In this document: positions 59,991 to 64,000 of the stretch, piece by piece
How the letters are laid out: each line of letters begins with the position of its first letter
Position numbering within the stretch: the stretch's first letter is position 1
Source of the DNA: Macrostomum lignano
Taxonomy: Eukaryota
Length of the DNA: 64,000 bases
Direction of reading: 5' to 3'
Assembly (NCBI GenBank): GCA_002269645.1
Contig: NIVC01002307.1
Span: 62,001 to 126,000, forward strand
Made by a program: the position numbers and the translations under genes
The notes under the pieces: generated by a model
The model's database searches: none
Told to the model about the DNA's origin: nothing
The model's input: the letters and a program-made list of their open reading frames with translations, nothing else

Positions 59991-62383
59991 TTGAATGGAT
60001 CATGAAAGACGAAAAATCACTAAGCAATTAAGCATTTGGAAACAATGCTAACGTCTCAGTACTAGCCATGTTTTACCAACCAAGTGCTAATAGTCTGCAT
60101 GTATTGGGTTTTGGGTGGTAAAGCTTTGGGTGCAAAATATTGATTGCTAATCTTTAAATGCTGATTGCGGAGTGCTTCAGATTCCGAGACTCAAAGGGAA
60201 TATCTCATTTGCCATGGCTTCAGAAACTTTTCGCAAGAAAAAATGTTAGCTTTTCTCAGCAAGAAATCGTCACCCGTTAATTGACGAGTGATTTTTCTGG
60301 TTTGAATAGCAGATATGCTTCCTTCTTTGCTGTGAGATTCTGTTCAGATGTCAAAGTTGATGTTGAACTTCAATATCCCAAATAAGGGTCTCGTGCTATC
60401 ACTGTATAGCTGAATGCAACTGCAATTGTAGTTTCAGACTGCGAGGGTTTTAACTTTTATAGTATTATAGTATATTGTACTACGAGCGTACTCTTTATAT
60501 TGTTCAGCGAAACTTATCGCACTATTCTACTTAGAAGATAAAGTAGTAAGCTTTGAAATAAAATTAGAATTATTTACTTGTAGATAATTGGAAGCATTAA
60601 TGTCCTACACAGAAATTTAAATCGCTTTTAGAAACAGGAATTGAATGCGAAAATATTGCCTAAACATTTTGCGAAGAATTGACTCGCGAACTACTTGTAT
60701 AGCTTTTTGTAATAGATGCTGCAGACATTGAATTGGAAGTAATTGAGATGCATAAATTTTTATGGCATTTTTTCTGCCACTATACATGTACTTCTAATAG
60801 TTTTTTTATTTAGAGAGCAGAGAGACACGGGGCAGCTAATGTATGGAACTTGTCCCTCTACAAACATATGTAAGGCTATATCAGTTAAGACTATAACTCC
60901 CTTCATCGGCTGCCTGGCACTTCAATGAAAGCATGCAGCGAATGTTTAGTGGTTTGGAAGCTTTGCAATTGTGTCCGGGCCATCCCGCTTTCTCAGTTTA
61001 AAATTAAGCCTCCTCATCAATTTGCTGGTTCAATCCATCTGCCTGGTTCTCCAGGCGACGACAGGTAGCTAAGATAGAGTAGCACTAGCTCATGAGTTGA
61101 AGCTGATTTATATGCGATTGCAACCTCGGAAAAAACACATATTTAGTTCGTTTGACTTTACAAGTATTGTCAAAAGCAAAATGTTTCGACAAAGCACCTA
61201 TGGTCCATTAGGTGTCCATCAAAGAAATTTATTTTAAATAAGCGTTTTGTGAGCGATTAAACAAAATACACGAAACTCTTAGCTAATTCAGTGCATACTT
61301 GTAAAAAACTGTTGTAGTTTTTATAAACTAGCATTTTTATTACTTTACTGGTTAATAAAAAAAAATTTTGCGTTGACATGTGCTTAGTCAACAACATAAT
61401 TTGATTGGTGATATATTTGTATTTTTACAGTGCATATACAACAATAGGCCAGAATGCCCAGCCAACTGGCATTAACTTAAAGTATGCAGTTTACGTAATA
61501 TTAACGTATTTTGGCATTTTTAGGCGCATGTGCCTACTTTACTTGACCAGTTAGTCATGCTTTGCTTTGCTACATGCTACATGCTTTGTTGCTTTTGTGT
61601 AACAAAGCATGTAGCATTTATGTAGCATTTATTTATACATAGCATTTATGTATACTAAGGACTAAGGAGGATAGAGACTAGAGCATCGTTAAACTAAGCA
61701 AAATTCTTTTAATTTAAGCAAACAAATGCAATTCGATTGCAATTCCACAAATCACATCATTTTCAATAGTCAACATTCCATCCTAATTTTTCTTTATTTA
61801 ACTTTCAACCTTAAGACAATTCTTTTATCCTAAGCTTCAAAAACTTATACTAAAGAAGGGCTAAGTTTTTAATTTTGTAATTTTAAATAGGAAATTTTGT
61901 TCTTATAAAATATGTTTTTTAACATCAGGCAGTTGTTATTTGTCCAGTGACTGGACAAATAGCCTTTTTGCTATTTTTCTAGTTAAATTGTTAACACAAG
62001 TGTCTATTTGTTTAGTGATGAATATTCTAGATTTTTAAGACCTTTTCTGGTATCCTGATTAATATTTTGTTATATACTAGTGGCAGTGCAGGCAAAGCAG
62101 ATATGTGTAGGGCCTAATGCATATGCAATTCAGTATCATTTGGTATAGGCCTATAAGACATACACTAGTTAATGAAGACAAAGTCTTTTCGCCCCAGTGA
62201 GCTTTGGGGTTGGAATTTTATAATACCTAGTGTTGTATCGATTATTTAAAGACTTTCAAGGCATTATTAACGCTGATGCTCCTAATATTTTGCGTCGTGT
62301 CATACATAAAGTTAGCCTAATAGATAAAGTAGGGCGAGAGTTTTAAAATGTCTCTAACGTCAAATGATTTATAGGAAGGGAAT

Positions 62384-63163
62384 TAGGGATGTCGATTCCC
62401 CAGGGAATTAATTATCTTATCGGGGACCCCGGTGAAAGAAAAAATAAGTAAAAACGGCGGAGCACTTAAATTGTAAGTGGAATTTTTTAAACTTTGATTT
62501 AAGCTTTGTACTACATGTTCAAGGCGCAGGGGTAAAAATTTTAAACAATGTTTTTTAAACTGTATTTGACAATGTGGCATCACGAAATCGTGCGCGCACC
62601 TTTATCGGAAAAGTGCATTTGTTGGAATGCATGCTAAACAGCTACGCTCGTGAGAGGATAATTAATGAATGAGACTGTTTTTATAATCGGAATTTTATTT
62701 CTTGCATATATATGTAAATCACCATTTTGTCCTTGTCTAATAGGGAGTATATGTATGACACCCCCTATGCGTCAGTGCCTGACGCATGACGCAGTGCTGC
62801 GCCTGCGTCAAGCCGTCAACGCAGACCAACACAGCAGTCACTAGTCAGTAAGGCTTCTTTTTCCTGACGGGTTTCTTTTCTACGTGCAATTTGCTTGATT
62901 GAATGACTTATTAGTGAAAAAACAATCAAACGTGTGTTGTGTTTCAAATACATGTAATGCATTGAAATAAGCAATTATGCGGTAAAAGAGCATAGACAGA
63001 GTTTCAATCAGCTTTCTGTGAATCAGTTTCTTATTTTAATGGCAAAAATTAAGTTACAAATGCATTTTTTCATATTTTTTCTCCCCAGGGTCCCCGGTTA
63101 AATTCCCCGGAGAGTATTCCCCGACAAGCTCCCCGGGGAGCACTCCCGGGGTCAACATCCCTA
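62384..63163. mobile_element. hAT-like non-autonomous element (~780 bp)
   Basis: TIR TAGGGATGTYGA, flanking 8-mer GAAGGGAA at 62375-82 and 63164-71 (one extra T on the left), and CCCCGG-rich subterminal motifs. Confidence 0.72.
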
Positions 63164-64000
63164 GAAGGGAAACTACGAGCATAAGTTCTGCAACACATAT
63201 ACAAGTAGCTAAGCATTAATAGACGCACTGCACCGATAAAATGTAATGGAATTGCTCGAATCACCGACACCAAGACCCATAAAACTGGAGAAACTGGCAG
63301 GATATAGTAGATACATGTAGGTCAGAATCAGAAGTGATCATGGGTGGGTGGGTCAAGTGATAATGGGTTCGACCTCGATTGTATTATTCCTTCTTAATCT
63401 TATGCAATTAATTGTAAATTAGGTATGAAGTAACAGTAATTATCCTTGACCATGCTAGAGTAAAGACAAGTCAAAGTCAAGTTAATAAAAATAGACACAC
63501 AGTGTAACAATAACAATGGTTTTTAGAGCCATTTTTCTTGTCTGTGTTTGTCTTTGTACATACATGTACATTTGGGAAGACTTATCTGGACCCAATCCCT
63601 TCTTATTCTACATGTACGCTGTTTTGGGTATGGGGGTTAGAGTTGGGCCGTCTGACACCCCCCTCCCCCCCCCTACCATAGTGGACTGGAGAGAAAGAAG
63701 CACATGCTATCGCTATTGGCTAGCCTGTCGTTCTCTTTTTCTTTACCTTCTGTCTTGTGTAGCGTACACTATCCAATGCACAAGGCCCAACTTTCCACTA
63801 AAGGAAGGTTCATATAGTCCGCCCATGGGCTTCCTCTTGCTTTCGCGTACACTCAAGGCCACTCACTCTCAACACCAGCCACTAGAGGCTTGTTTTAAAT
63901 AATCGATCGATAATATTAAATGTACACTTGAAAGCTTGCTTTGGATCCTAGCAGAAGGGGGAGAAAGTGGCCAAGGCCACCACACCCCACAAGGCAGGCA

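Noticed and set aside
58927-60027. Repetitive ORFs (MLVQCVALVIQPLP)n
   Set aside because: They are 42-bp minisatellite translations.

Overview
Eukaryotic (metazoan) genomic DNA with spliceosomal GT-AG introns, GC-rich exons, AT-rich intergenic DNA and many minisatellites. The style suggests a free-living flatworm such as Macrostomum; this is an inference, not a lookup. Genes reconstructed by hand: ferritin (-), terminal exons of an unknown acidic protein (+), MEF2 (+, exon 2 scrambled), RFC4 (-), CNDP2 (-, central exons missing), a cyclophilin B-like gene (+), a PGC-1/spargel-like RRM coactivator (-), LRRC56 (+), a CARD caspase-2-like gene (+) and PAN/C-type lectin exons (-). Mobile DNA: an I-group LINE nested in an RTE LINE, three hAT MITEs with 8-bp TSDs, a Tc1/mariner MITE, a foldback-like element, MULE and Tc1 transposase fossils, and two tRNA-SINE families. 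Most notable observations: (1) RFC4 has no ATG of its own and appears to need the AUG of a trans-spliced leader, downstream of CNDP2 in an operon-like layout; (2) a divergent PGC-1 family gene; (3) intronic minisatellites built from branch-point and 3' splice-site motifs; (4) a 1.5-kb minisatellite amplified from a SINE Pol III A-box. Two genes look damaged next to satellites, which may be an assembly artefact. Most long ORFs in the supplied track are repeat artefacts.
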